Below, in pieces: positions 1-62,743 of a stretch of DNA of 64,000 nucleotides. This DNA is from the human T2T-CHM13v2.0 reference genome, Homo sapiens, in NCBI RefSeq assembly GCF_009914755.1, contig NC_060925.1. One strand, 5' to 3'. Both the position numbers and the translations under genes were made by a program. Below the pieces are notes generated by a model, which worked only from the letters and a program-made list of their open reading frames with translations, had not been told where the DNA came from and ran no database searches. Every line of letters begins with the position of its first letter. Position 1 is the first letter of the stretch.

Positions 1-2034
1 AGAGCAGCCTTGTGGCTGGAGGTTACAGAGCATGGGGCAGAGATGGCAGGAGATGAGGACTGAAGGCAGGGGCCACAGCCCTATCACAGAGGCCCAAGTC
101 CTGACTGAGAAGCTTGACTTGACTCCACTGACACAACAGTGGCTCTGGAGTCTGGACGGGTTAAACAGTCTTGCAGCCAGGGAGCTCTCCAATGTGCTTA
201 TGAGTCCCATATTCATGGTGTGACCCTATGCCTCACGAGATGTGACCAGGGCAAGTTATTCTCCCCATCTGAGCCTTAGTTTCCTCTTGTGTACAATGAG
301 GGTGCAATGGTGCCTATAAAAGAAAATGGGTGAGATGCTAGACAAGGAAGCTGCTGTGATGGGAAACTTTGGGCTGACCAGGGCAGGCGGCCTTGCTGCA
401 GAGCTGACTCATTTGGCCTGTTCTGGCTTTCCTGGCAGCCACGACTCCCAGCCCAGTGGACCTTGGCTTATAGCCTTTGGTCACTCCTCCATGAGTCCTA
501 GAGCCGTGGGGCTCAGGCCAGAAGAGAAGCAGCAATATAGCTGCAGGCATGTCTGGGCCACCCTGAGAATACCCAAGCAGACCCAGGGCTGGCTGAAGTG
601 CACAGGACTGGAGAGTGTGCACATCCACACCTTGTTGACACCTCAAAACAGCCTTTCCAGGAAGCCACAGTCATAGGTCCATGTCACAGAAGAGGAAATC
701 AAAGTTGGCAAGGGTAACTTGCCCAAGGTCAGCACCCAGGAAGTGGCAGAGCCAGATTTAAATGTGTCTTTGAGGATTTATGTGTTATTGGGTAGTTTGA
801 CCAGATGCATGTATTCATTCCCTTGTCATTCAACAAATATTTCCTGAACATTTACTATGTGCTAGATGCTGCACCAGGAGGAAATGAGACAAGTGTCTGT
901 CCTCAGGCCTCTGTAAAGGTCTCTAACCAAGGGCTGGGAATGACCTCCAATTGAGCTCCTGCTGTGTGCCAAGAGTATTACCTAAATCAGGTCATTTCAT
1001 CCTCACAGCAGCCTGGGAGATAGAGACGATTACTTTCATTTTATAGAATGAAACTGATAATGCTGTGACTCAGAGAAAGAAGTGACTTGCTCAAGATCCC
1101 ACGGCTGGGAAGGGCAGAGTCTGCTTAGATGACCCAGGCTTTCCGTTCTGTGCATGTTCCTGAGGCCTGCCACCTCTGACCATCAGCTCAGTGGTGCAGC
1201 GCAGACGCTCTGCCAGCAGTGGCCCGCCAGGCCTGGAGCCTAAGGGTCCAGCTCTCAGCTGTGCTGGGGAGCCACACTTCTTATCTAACTACCAGCTTGG
1301 GATGTCAGAAGGGCATTGGGTGGGGCCTGGCAGAAGACCCACTGTGCCTCTGGTCCAGGTTCACCATGGGCTGGAAGCAGGGCCTCTGGTACAACCTACG
1401 CCTCTCTGGCTTCAATCCTGTCACCATGGAATGGGGTATGGATCTCTGCCCCACCTTTGCCTAAGATCCTTGGGAAGATCACAAGCCATCGTGAGAGAAA
1501 TTAGACAATCTCAGAGCATGGCTGTGGAGCACTGGTTGGGGGGTAAAGAAGGAGGGAAGAGAGAGCTGACTATGCCCTGTGTGGGGTACATACCCTCAAT
1601 TCCTTTCTTTACTTGGAAAGTCATCCATATGCTTCAATGTTGAGTTTGGAATTCTCCTCCAAGAAGTCTTCCCTGACCTACCTACCCACAGGCTGGGTCA
1701 GAGGCCTCCCTCTCTCATAGACCTGACCATAGTATGTGGTCATTGCTTCCCCCATTATTTTCAGGGCAGGGACCACATCTGGGTCCCAGTCATTCTGCAC
1801 TGTGTCTGCCCAGAGTGGGTGCCAGGGACGTCTAGGGGCCGGTTGAGTCCTGACTACCCCTGCAGCTTTGCCCAGCCCTCCACCCTCTGGCTCTCCTTGC
1901 CCTTTCCCCCTTACTTCTGCTCCCCTGACTCCCAAAGTGGAGAAGGAGCTGGGATGTCATTTGCCCAAGGCGGCCCTCTCTGTGGGCCTCAGTTTCCCAT
2001 CAGCACAAGGTGAACTTTAAAAGGTTCTTTCTGA

Positions 2035-38146
<36,112 letters not shown>

Positions 38147-38506
38147 AGCCACATGCGAAGGACAGCCTGCAGTGACCAGAGAGCCCAAAGGCCTGAAGAC
38201 AAATCTGGGGGTGACAGCATGGGCATGGGAGTGGGGTGTCTTAGAGAAAGGACACATGGGCTTGGGAGAGGGGAGAGATGTATGGGGATCACCTTTGCCA
38301 GAGCTGCATACCTGAAGGTCACAGTGTCTTCCGGGACAGCTGGGGACAGGTATCTTTTGTTGCAGGAGATCAATTATCCTGAGAACTCAACTCAGCCAGT
38401 GACATGAACATGGGGGCCAGAGAGCAGATGGACTGAAGGGATGGGACGTAGTTGACACTTGTGGGACCCTTTCTATTCTAAAGCCAGAGTGCTTGGCTCC
38501 TTGTTT

Positions 38507-38512
38507 ATTAAA
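38507..38512 (+). terminator. LEXM: Probable LEXM poly(A) signal (ATTAAA)
   Basis: First AWTAAA hexamer I found after the stop codon, ~360 nt downstream. Confidence 0.65.
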
Positions 38513-38895
38513 GTTCAGAAAGTGGTGGGAGAGTGTAGCATGTATTACACGGCAATTCTAGGACTCTGCAGGAACACCTCATTGCCATCCCAGGATGCTT
38601 CTGGAAGCTTAGCAGGGCCTCACTGATGAGGAAACTGCGGACCTCAGGCCATGTCCAGCCATGGGGAACATCGGTTTCACCCCTGAGTCAGCCCTTGTGG
38701 GCACCCTTCCCTCACTGTTTCATGTCAGTGAGAATGGGGGAGCAGGTTGTCCCTAGAGGAGACTGGGATACCACAGTTTCGTCCACAAAGCACACATAAT
38801 GATAAAAAATACTTGAAACACTTTCTTCCATGCGCGAGTGTCTTACAAAAAGCAGTTATTCTCCTGTGTCAAAACAAATGTTTTTGAAGAAGTAA

Positions 38896-39400
38896 AGCCA
38901 TCTTTATTCACCTTGCCAACGCATTGCACATGACCAGGTGCCCATGCCCACTAGGTGATCCTCAGAACCTGGTTGCCGCAGGACTGCCTATGTTTGACAC
39001 CCACTCGTTGTCATGTTACTTGTGGTCCATGTTGCAAGGGGGTGCTGAAGGCATACTAAGAACCTGGACGTTAAGAGTGGGGAAAAACTGCTACCCTCCT
39101 GAGCAACCAGGGAGGTGCTAGAACCTGATGTTACTTTTTTAAGATTTATGTGCTGGAGTGTTCAACCCAGTCACCCGTAGGACCACTTCTAGAAACTGAA
39201 CTGGAATTGGGTGGTTATGAAACATTTATTCATTTATTTTTGGGGGCTGAGGAGTTCTTTTTTTTCTTTTTCTCCAAACAAAAGCTTTTAGGGAAAGTCC
39301 AATATAACAAACATGTAGCCACTTTGAATCAAGCTGGGTGAGGCCGGGAGACCAGCCCTCGTGGCCAGCCCCTGTGCCCTCCTTCCCCAGGGATTGTTAG
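38896..39400 (+). repeat. Inverted duplication arm A (inner part MER117-like)
   Basis: Reverse complement of 42298-42869; 39091-39127 is identical to revcomp 42567-42603. Confidence 0.9.
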
Positions 39401-39683
39401 GAACCAGGCCTCGAGGCAGGAGGTGAGCAGTGGGTGAGCTCCGCCTCCTGTCAGATCAGCGGCGGCATTCGATTCTCACAGGAGCCGAACCCTATTGTGA
39501 ACTGCACATGTGAGGGATCTAGGTTGCATGCTCCTTATGAGAATATAACTAATGCCTGATGATCTGAGGTGGAACAGTTTCATCCTGAAACCATCCTCCC
39601 CTGCCACCCCGCCCTACCCTGGTCTGTGGAAGAACGGTCTTCCATGAAACCGGTTCCTGGTGCCAAAAAGGCTGGGGACTGCT
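39396..39683 (+). mobile_element. MER1B-like hAT-Charlie element, one end truncated
   Basis: ctcctgtcagatcagcggcggcatt...ccggttcctggtgccaaaaaggctggggactgctg. Confidence 0.75.
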
Positions 39684-39995
39684 GTAATAAAGGACTTACA
39701 TCCAGAATATATATGTGAGTTCATATATATCTCAATAAGAAACAACAAAATAAAAAATGTATAAAAGATGTAACAGACGCTTTACCAAGAAGATATATGG
39801 ATGGCAAATAAGCACATGAAAATAAACTCAATGTCATTAGGCATTAAGGAAATGCAAATTAAAACCACAATGAGATACAACTACCCACCTATTAGGATGG
39901 CTAAAATTGAAAAGACTGACCATACCAAGTGTTGGTGAGAATGTGGAACTCTCATATACTGCTGGTGGAAGTGTAAAATGGTACAACTATCTTAG
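39684..39995 (+). mobile_element. L1M ORF2 3' fragment
   Basis: ggaaatgcaaattaaaaccacaatgagatac. Confidence 0.75.
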
Positions 39996-40019
39996 TTCAT
40001 GTAGAAGATGTTAACATCA

Positions 40020-40315
40020 GGCCGGGTGTGGTAGCTCAGGCCCGTAATCCCAGCACTTTGGGAGGCCAAAGCGGGCAGATCACCTGAGGTCAGGAGTTCG
40101 AGGTCAGCCTGGCCAACATGGTGAAACCCTGTCTCTACTAAAAATACAAAAAAATTAGCTGGGCGTGGTGATGGGCACCTATAGTCCCAGCTACCCGGGA
40201 GGCTGAGGCAGGAGAATCGCTTAGAACCCGGGAGGCAGAGGTTGCAGTGAGCTGAGATCGTGCCATTGCACTCCAGCCTGGGTGACACAGCGAGACTCCG
40301 TCTCAAAAAAAAAAA
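40020..40315 (+). mobile_element. AluS
   Basis: TSD agatgttaacatca. Confidence 0.9.
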
Positions 40316-40538
40316 GATGTTAACATCAGGGGAAGGCAAGTGAGGGGGATTGCTCTACTACCATTGTGATGTTTCTGTAGAATTAATTACAAATAAAAAT
40401 AAAGTAATAAAACGAGTTAAAATGTATGCAATAAAACTTTTTAAAGAGACTGTTTACCTTACAAAATAAGTATATTTGTTCAAATATCTCTATCAGCTAT
40501 CATATTATAGACAGTCACTGTCACTGTAGAGAAGGTCA

Positions 40539-40900
<362 letters not shown>

Positions 40901-40928
40901 TTATAAGAGAAACCTGTGTAACAACTTC

Positions 40929-41532
<604 letters not shown>

Positions 41533-41689
41533 CCTGGCCACAACTTTAAATTAGGCAATTCTTTTAAATATTTTGCCATGAGATAAGAATGAGTTCATGT
41601 GTGTTACAAAAATAATGTGTGCTGGGGAGGGACATTCATCTATAATGGAGCAAAAGGCTCTCTGGCTGCCAGGGCCGGCTTTGCTGCCT

Positions 41690-42005
41690 ATGGAGGGCTA
41701 GAAGTGCCAGGAACTCCACATCCCTCTGGAGCTACCCTCACTGAGGGAAGTTGGTGTATAAATACCAGCTCCCTCAGCCCTTGTGGGATGTACCTTTGAA
41801 ACGCATGTTTTACACTGGTTTCCAGTTTTCCCAGTGCAGTTACACTGTAGTGGCCCCCAGTGGTAACCTGCTTGAGAATGAACCCATTATTGGCTGTCAT
41901 CCCTTCTCCACTCCCCTGCTGGTGTTTTCTTCACCTCCCAAATAAACTGCTTGCATTCAAATCTTTGTCTTAGGGTTGGCTTCTAGGGAAACCCAAACCA
42001 AGACA
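41690..42005 (+). mobile_element. ERVL LTR (LTR16-like)
   Basis: ggtgtataaatacc...aataaactgcttgca...gggaaacccaaaccaagaca. Confidence 0.65.
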
Positions 42006-42297
42006 AACACTAACATTTTCTCAGGCATCCCGATGGATCATCCTGTTACACCCTGGGCTTGGGAACCTCATTTGGTGACCACTGCTCTGCTCTGCGACAA
42101 TAACTCCATCTGTCTGTCCAGGCTCTTCTTGCACACCCTCAAGACAGCCCTTCCCAGTGCAGGGCAGCTATGATTGTAAAAGGGTCCTTTGGATGTTGAG
42201 CTAAAATCTGGCTTGTTGTGACCCTTGCCCTCCTGCCAGGGCAGGGCCATAAGAGGACATGGAGTTCTGCAGGTTGTTAACTGGACTCTGCTGCGGC

Positions 42298-42869
42298 CTC
42301 CAGCAATCCCTGGAGAAGGAGGGCACAGGCCCTGACCATGAGGGCTGGACTCCTGGCCGCACCCAGCTTGACTCAAAGTAACTCCACGTTTGTTATATAC
42401 TGGACTTTCCCTAAACGCTTTTGTTTGGGGGAAAAAGCTCCACAGCCAAAAATGAAATGAATAAATAAATATTTAATAACCACCAAATTCTAGTTCCATC
42501 TCTTGAAGTGGTCCTGCAGGTGACTGGGTTTAACCCTCCAGCACATACATCTTAAAAAAGCAACAGCAGGTTCTAGCACCTCCCTGGTTGCTCAGGAGGG
42601 TAGTGATCTCTCCCACTCCAGTGTGAGATGCTGCCAGGTTGTGGGAAGCCCTGAGCAGGCCAAAATAGCCTTTTACAAGCCATGCCACCAGACTTAACAT
42701 CCAGGTTCTTACTATGCCTTCAGCACCACCTTGCAACATGGACCACAGGTAACGTAACAATGAGTGGGCATCACACATAGGCAGTCCTGCTGCAACCAGG
42801 TTCTGAAGATCAGCTAGTGGGCATGGGCAGCTGGTCATCTGCAATGCCTTGGCAAGGTGAAGCATGGCT
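42298..42869 (-). repeat. Inverted duplication arm B
   Basis: Partner of arm A, with ~75 extra nt at 42618-42692. Confidence 0.9.
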
Positions 42870-43528
42870 GGCATAGCTGCTCACTTTACAGGGAGAAACT
42901 GAGGCCCACAGGAGGAACAAGTTTACATAGGTTGCACGGCGTGGTTGCTTTAGTAAACATTAATAGAATGGGACTTCATCTGCTGTGTTAGGTTCTTATC
43001 AATACCTAAGGGTGACGGTTCTGACCATCATGAACGTTGTACCGTGCGGTCTTTGGCTTTTTACCTTGAGTTCACAACATCCCTGGGCACACCAGCCAGG
43101 CCAGCTCTGGGAAGCTCCCTTTGTTAAAAGCTCAGGTCCTCCCATCCTCATTGCTGTGGGCTGCTTGATGCCTGTCCTGGGCCTGAGCAAGCCCAGGTCC
43201 CACTCCGGCCCTGCCATAGTCCTTTGGCCCTGAAGGCAGTTTCACCTTCGCCAACTTGACCCTTGGAGCTCCTCCTTCTCAGGAGCAGTTTACACCTGTT
43301 CCCAGGTTCAGTTGATCCACTCCCTCTTCCTGGACCTGCGGCGGCATTAGCCAGGGAATGGGGGTTCACCAATAATGAGAATGATTAACAAGGGAGTGGG
43401 GATGATCATAGAGATGCCTGAGGTTCAGAAGCCTAAGAGGCGAATGTACTGAGGCCAGAGCCAGGGTGCAGGAGCCACCTTTCCTGCTAAGCTTGCATTT
43501 GGAGGGCTTATTAAGAGAGGTCTCTGTT

Positions 43529-44410
43529 AAGTGGTATGCTGGTAAATGTTTGTCTCTCAAAACAAAACAAAGCCCTCCTGTGATAGTTAATTCTGTGTCA
43601 ATTTCACAGCGCTACGGGGTGCCCAGACATGTGACCAAATATTACTTTGGGTGTGTCTGGGAGGGTGTTTCTGGATGAGATTAACATTGAATCAGACTGA
43701 GCAAAGCAGGTTGCCCTTCCTAAAGCAGGTGGGTCTCATTCAATCAACTGAAGACACGAACAGAACAAAAGGACTGAATGAGAGGAAACTCCTCCTGCCT
43801 GAGTGCTTAAGCTGGGACATCAGGGTTTTCCTGCCTTCAGACTTGAACTGAAAAATGGGCTCTTCTTGGGTCTTGAGCCTACCAGCTTTTGGACTGGAAC
43901 TTACACCATTGGCTCTCCTGGTTCTCAGCCCTTTGGACTCAAACTGGAACTATATCATTGGCTTTCCTGGGTATCTAGCTTGCCTACTGTAGCTCTTGGG
44001 ACTTCTTAGCCTCCATAATCACATGAACCAATACTTTGTAAGTCTCTGTTTCTCTGTCTCTGCATGTGTCTTGCCTTTCTATACAGTCATGTGATGCATA
44101 ACATTTTGGTCAATGACAGACTGCATATACAATGGTGGACCCATAAGATTATAATGCCCTATTTTTACTGTACCTTTTCTATGTTTAGATATACAAGTAC
44201 TTAGCATTGGGTTATAATTGCTTATAGTATTCAGTACTGTACCATGTTGTACAGGTCTGTAGCCTAGGAGTAATAAGCTATCCCATATAGCTAAGTGTGT
44301 AGTAGGCTGTACCATTTAGGTTCGTGTAACTACACTGTGTGATATTCACACAATAATGAAATCACCTAATGATGCATTTCTCAGAACTTATCCTCGTTAA
44401 GGGATGTGTG

Positions 44411-44443
<33 letters not shown>

Positions 44444-44643
44444 CTCCTACTGATTGTTTCTCTGGAGAACACTGATTAATACAACAGAACAAGCCCTGAT
44501 TCGTAGTGCTGCTAATTTCTGTGGTGTAAATGCTCCCCCTGTGGGTGATTTCAGGCTGCCAATGTCACTGAACATGGAAGTGGAAGGAGGTGTGCATGAT
44601 GGTCCTTGTAAGCTGGTACAAGCCATATTCCAGCACACCACTG
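43529..44643. mobile_element. Nested repeats: MER63-like hAT > MLT2 LTR (~43580-44485) > Tigger3a/MER7A-like (~44084-44410), with (TG)14 at 44413-44440
   Basis: MLT2 ends tgtgatagttaat...actgattaataca; Tigger end cagtcatg; hAT end ccagcacaccactg. Confidence 0.65.
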
Positions 44644-44950
44644 ACCCCCTCCCACAAACACCTTTCTCACCCCTCCCCCAGAGGGATCAGACCTCAGGTC
44701 TGCCAGTGGGGTAACTAGAAGTTCCAAGGATACGCATGTGAATTCTCTTCTACTTTCAGCTTCCATTAGGTCAGGTAGTGAACAGATTGTTGACACCCTC
44801 CTGTAAGGAGGTTGGTAAACCAAGCCAAGGCCCCTACGTGGCCCTCTTGCTTCTTCTCATAGGTCTTGATGCCAGGTTCATGGCTTGAGGTTTGTAAGGC
44901 AGCTGCTGCTAAGATTCAGATTTGGAACTGGGAGGAGCAACATACAGATT

Positions 44951-45012
44951 GTCCAGTCTAGCGCCTAAGCTCAGCAAACCCAGTCCAGTCTAGCGCCTAA
45001 GCTCAGCAAACC
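44951..45012 (+). repeat. Perfect 30-bp tandem duplication
   Basis: gtccagtctagcgcctaagctcagcaaacc at 44951-44980 and 44983-45012. Confidence 0.95.
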
Positions 45013-45057
45013 AAGGAGCTCTGGGTTGGGCTCTCAGGCACCAGCCCAGGTAATGCC

Positions 45058-45290
45058 TTATATTTATTTATTGAGACAGGGTCTTGCTCTGTGTCACCCC
45101 GGCTGGAGTGCAGTAGCACGATCATAGCTCACTTCAGTCTCAAGTTTCTGGGCTGAAGCAATCCTCCTGCCTCAGCCTCCAGAGTAGCTGGGCCTACAGA
45201 TACTTGCCACCATACTTAGCTAATTTTTAGATGGGGTCTCACTATGTTGCTCAGGCTTGGTCTTGCACTTCTGGCCACAAGCGCTTCTCC
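45058..45290 (-). mobile_element. Degenerate AluJ
   Basis: Alu consensus similarity. Confidence 0.8.
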
Positions 45291-45922
45291 TGCAGTGACT
45301 CAGGAATCCAGGTTCCTTCTGACATAAGACTCTCCAACCACCTATGGCCTGGTTGTCATCTGCACTGAGTGAAGGGGAGAGCCAGGAGACCTCATATAGG
45401 TTTTTATGACTTCTGTTTACATTCCACTGGAAAGCTCTTAACACAAGGACACAACTGACTGTAAGGAAGGCTGGGAAAGGTAGTCTAGCTATGTGTCCAA
45501 AGAATGGAGGAATGCATTTTAATGGACAGCTAGTGGGTCCACTAGTTTGTAGATGAGGACAACAGTCTCAACAGGATTAACTTGCTAAAATTAATTGGTC
45601 ACAACCAAGTGACAAAGCCAGGCCTCCACCCTAACCAGAGCCACCATCGTCTCACCTGGACTGCAGTGGTGGCCTTCTCACTGGTCTGCTTGCCACCCTG
45701 CACACAGAGGGATCCTTTCAACACTTACTCCAATCACACTCTGACAGTGATAGAAATAAACCTGTCAGTTCCTGCATGTTCTTCTAGCCCTCGGCCATGG
45801 GCTCATGGGTTCAGTGAGAGCAACTGAGTTGGGGAATGGCACAGCCTGCACCCGAGCCCAGATCTGACTCCACATTTTGGTCCCCCAAGCAAGAAACGAC
45901 AAACGCCAGCTTCCAGGCCACT

Positions 45923-45928
45923 TTTATT
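45923..45928 (-). terminator. DHCR24: DHCR24 poly(A) signal AATAAA
   Basis: TTTATT on the + strand; on the - strand it is followed by GT/T-rich sequence (gcgtttgtcgtttcttg). Confidence 0.8.
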
Positions 45929-47406
45929 TAAACAGAAGCAGCGGCCCCACAGCCACGGGGACATGTCTTCCAGACAGTAGACACAGTGCCTGTGGCTGTA
46001 AGAGCCTGACAGGGAAGATTCATGCCTTTCTCCTTGGCCCCCATGACCAAAGAAGAAAATAAAAATCACACACCATACACTGCCACACCCATCTCCACCC
46101 CTCCCTTTCAGTAATATCCAAGTATTCATCCTTCTGGCCAAAGAAACTGGCTACAATTCTGATTCTAAAGAAAACCTTCATGCAGCCAAGAAACTCAGGG
46201 CTCTGGAGGGGAGAGCCTTACTCTGATACTTTCCACATGCACTGCCCACTGGCATCAAGTTTAACTCCATCCAAAACCATCACATGGATGGCCAGGGACA
46301 GGACTGGCTACAAAAAAAAGCCATGAACTCAGCTCACCATGCTAAGAAGACTGCCTCTTTCCAGGCAAGATTTTACTGGAGCAACATAACCGGAGGGTGT
46401 GATTCCAAAATACCTTCCTTTCCAAGCCCCGGGTTGTGGATAAGGTCTGGATTTTGGTTATATGACTAAGGGCGACAGAGGCTGCTGGCATCTCTGGCCA
46501 CCGTCCCAGTGGCTTAGGGTTGGAGGCTTCACTGGCAAAACAATGGCACTGTTTAACTAGCTCGTGTTAACCATTCATCTACAGCAAGTAGAATCATCAG
46601 TTTTGCACTGAGCAAGGAAGCACATGGGTCTCCTATGAGAGCTAATGCCAGAATTCACATGCTTTGTAAAATATAGGATGAGGTTTCTTTCTTTCTTCTG
46701 CCCCCTCCAGAGGCCAAATGGGTAGGGTGGTTCCTTTGCCTTCTGAGTGCCTGGATGCCCCCAGCCCTCACAAGACCCTGCTAAGACACTGGCAGTGTGC
46801 CAAGCCTTGGGTGGGATGGGTGAACACCCTTCAATGACTCTGAGAGGATTCTGGCACCTGGAATGACAAGACAGATGCTTCCCTGCAAGCCAGGTATGAG
46901 CCTTTCTGGAAATGAGATGGGAGCTGACCTTGGGGTTGAAGGAAGGATCTTGAATGACAGATAATCCCCAAGTGTCCACTGGATCATTTTTCCTCTGACT
47001 TTCCACACAAATGAGGCTTTCCGTGGGTTTTGCAACCACAGTGTCTAAGACAATCAGAAGGGTTCCAGGGAGGTCTTGTCTGTAGCGATGTGACAGATGA
47101 GGAAACTGCAGCTCAGAGGACAATGACTTGCCCACGTTGCACAGCTCGCTGACAGTAGAGAGGGGCTGAAACCTAGGTCTCCTGACTCACACGCCACAAC
47201 CATGACTGGCTCAGCTCCCTTAATTCCAGCTTCCCTTACATGACGCAATTCCTTCTCAGATTCGGGTTTTCAGCTGAGGCTGGGCAGTTCTTAAGATAGA
47301 GTTGCATAAACAACCAAGCTTTGCGTTATAACAAGCCAGGGAAGGACCTAGGGAGGTTCCCTTCCCTCTGGAACGGAAATGGAACTTTCTCTGAGCTTAG
47401 GATTTG

Positions 47407-47414
47407 TAAGGCAC
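47407..47414 (-). promoter_or_regulatory. miR-124-3p 8mer seed site in DHCR24 3'UTR
   Basis: TAAGGCAC on + reads GUGCCUUA in the mRNA. Confidence 0.55.
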
Positions 47415-48510
47415 TGAAATTAACTACAGCTGGGGTGGGGAGTGGTGGAAGAAAGAAAAAGAGGGATGAGTGGTTGGAGAAATCAAGTCGATGCTCTTTT
47501 CTTCCAGCCCCACGGTGAGAATCCTACAGAAACATGAGGGTGGACTCCACTTTCCCACCTGATGCTGTCCACTCCCCAGCCCCTGCTGCAGAGCAGCGCG
47601 GACCCACTCCCACCAAGACAAAGTGGGTTTTGGGAAAGATGAGGCCTGCAGGGTTGGTGAGCCAAGAAGAATGAGCCCAGGTCCCCTGGATCCAATTCAG
47701 AGCGGAGACCACTCTCTCCACCTAGGTGTCCCAGGCTGAGGCTGGGACAAGATTCAACCCTGGAATGCCTTCTCCAGGAACACAGGGCACTCCGAGTGGA
47801 CTCAGTGGTGGCTGGGGTGGGCCTGCAGGCCCAGGCATGAAGGAGGAAGGGGCAGGACGGCACCAAGGATGGCAGGGAGAACTTTGGCCTCGGACCTGGC
47901 TTTGGCACAGCGCATCTGGGGCCTCCCCACTCCGTGGCTGCCCTCCTGAGATCCCAGGGTGGGGAAGAGCTGTCCTTCTCCTGTGAGGACCTCGTCTGGC
48001 TGATGGAGGCGATGGCAGGGCAACTCCAGCGTATCCCCTTCATCATTCCAGCCATGGCTGTGCACAGGTGACCTAATGTGGAGCCTTTTCAGGCTCCACT
48101 GCAGATGTGACGCTGAACGGGAAGCAACAAGAGCTACCACTTACCCAGCACCTTCAATGTGACCAGTGCTCAACTCAGATGACAACAACCTGCAAGTAGG
48201 TATTACTATCCCTTTCAACTAATGAAGAGACCCGGGCTCAGAGGGGTTAAGGGACTCACCCAGAGTCACACAGCTAATGAGTTCTAAACGGGGAACTGGA
48301 CTCAGGCTTGTCTGACTCCAAATCCCACATTCTTTCCATTCCACTGGGCTGCCCCCTGGAAGCCAGGAGGAAGGTGGTGTTGGGCTGTCAGGGTGGGAGT
48401 TCTGGAGGGGTTTCTCTTTGAAAGTGTGGATCTAGGAAAGCAGCCAAGCTTGAGTGAAGGGAAGATGCCTGACCACTCACACGTGTCTGTCTCTCCAGGC
48501 GGGCTCCAGC

Positions 48511-61739
<13,229 letters not shown>

Positions 61740-62621
61740 TCAGCCTGCAGACAAGCGCCCAGCACCATCGGGGTGTAACAGCGACACCCGGCTTCTGTTC
61801 AGCACTCCTGGCCTTTTCAAAGCTCTTTCATGTCTATTACTGCCTTTGAGACTCTTGAAAGCTGGTGAGGTTAGGCACAGCGGGTATCCTCTAGCAGAGA
61901 GAGCAGGAGCTCAAAGAGGTTAAGTGGTGTGTGCCCAGGGCCAAACAGTGAGTCCCCGACAGTCTAGAGAACTCAGCGACCCCGCCTAGCCTGGTGCAAG
62001 TGTTTAACAGAGTTAAACATTTAACTGCCCTGATGCAGTGCCCCATGCAGGGGAATTCCCTCCCTCCCTCCCTTCCCACCTTCCCCAAGGCCAGGGAAGC
62101 ACGAACTCTGGGAATGGGTCAGCCCCTCAGTGCAACCCAGGGCTCATGGCACCAACTGGTCATGGCACTTTCCCTGCTGTCCCTGGACCAAGCTCCACAG
62201 TCCTCCGGGTACAGCACTCCCCAGGCAGCCACCATCGTCTGGAGGATGCTCACATGAATAAGGCTCATACCTCCCTGGCCCTGGGGGCTCCCACACCCAA
62301 ATCTTCTATTGAGCTGATGTCTCCTGCAGCCCTAAATGGTCATGACTCAATGTGCTGTGTGCCTTGGGATGGCTGAGCTTCTCCTGGCCTCAGCTTCCTC
62401 ATCCATAAATGAATTCTGGCAGATGCTCTCGGGGAGAGGCAGGGGGGATCCTGGAAAAGCACAAGCTTTAGGGTGGGCAGCTGGGGACACACCCAGGCAG
62501 GTCATCTCTGAGCCTGTTTCTTCACATGTAACATGACAATAAAAATACATACTTTGTGGGAGTTATTTGTCTATTAGAAATTACATACATATGCCCACTG
62601 TTTTTAAAAAATAGGACCATC

Positions 62622-62743
62622 TTTTTTTTTTTTTTGAGACAGAGTCTCGCTCTGTCGCCCAGGCTGGAGTTCAGTGGCACGATCTTGGCTCACTGCAAGC
62701 TCCACCTCCCTGGTTCACGCCATTCTCCTGCCTCAGCCTCCTG
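62622..62743 (-). mobile_element. 5'-truncated AluY-like insertion
   Basis: Right-arm fragment with TSD aaaaatrggaccatctt. Confidence 0.85.

Larger units (their letters stand above)
45900..48510 (-). other. DHCR24: DHCR24 3'UTR (~2.6 kb)
   Basis: Runs from the stop codon to AATAAA; Alu-free, with MIR-like relics near 47080-47190 and 48150-48340; 3' end approximate. Confidence 0.8.

Noticed and set aside
46058-46063. AATAAA on the + strand inside the DHCR24 3'UTR
   Set aside because: Antisense to DHCR24 with no supporting + strand exon structure; expected by chance.
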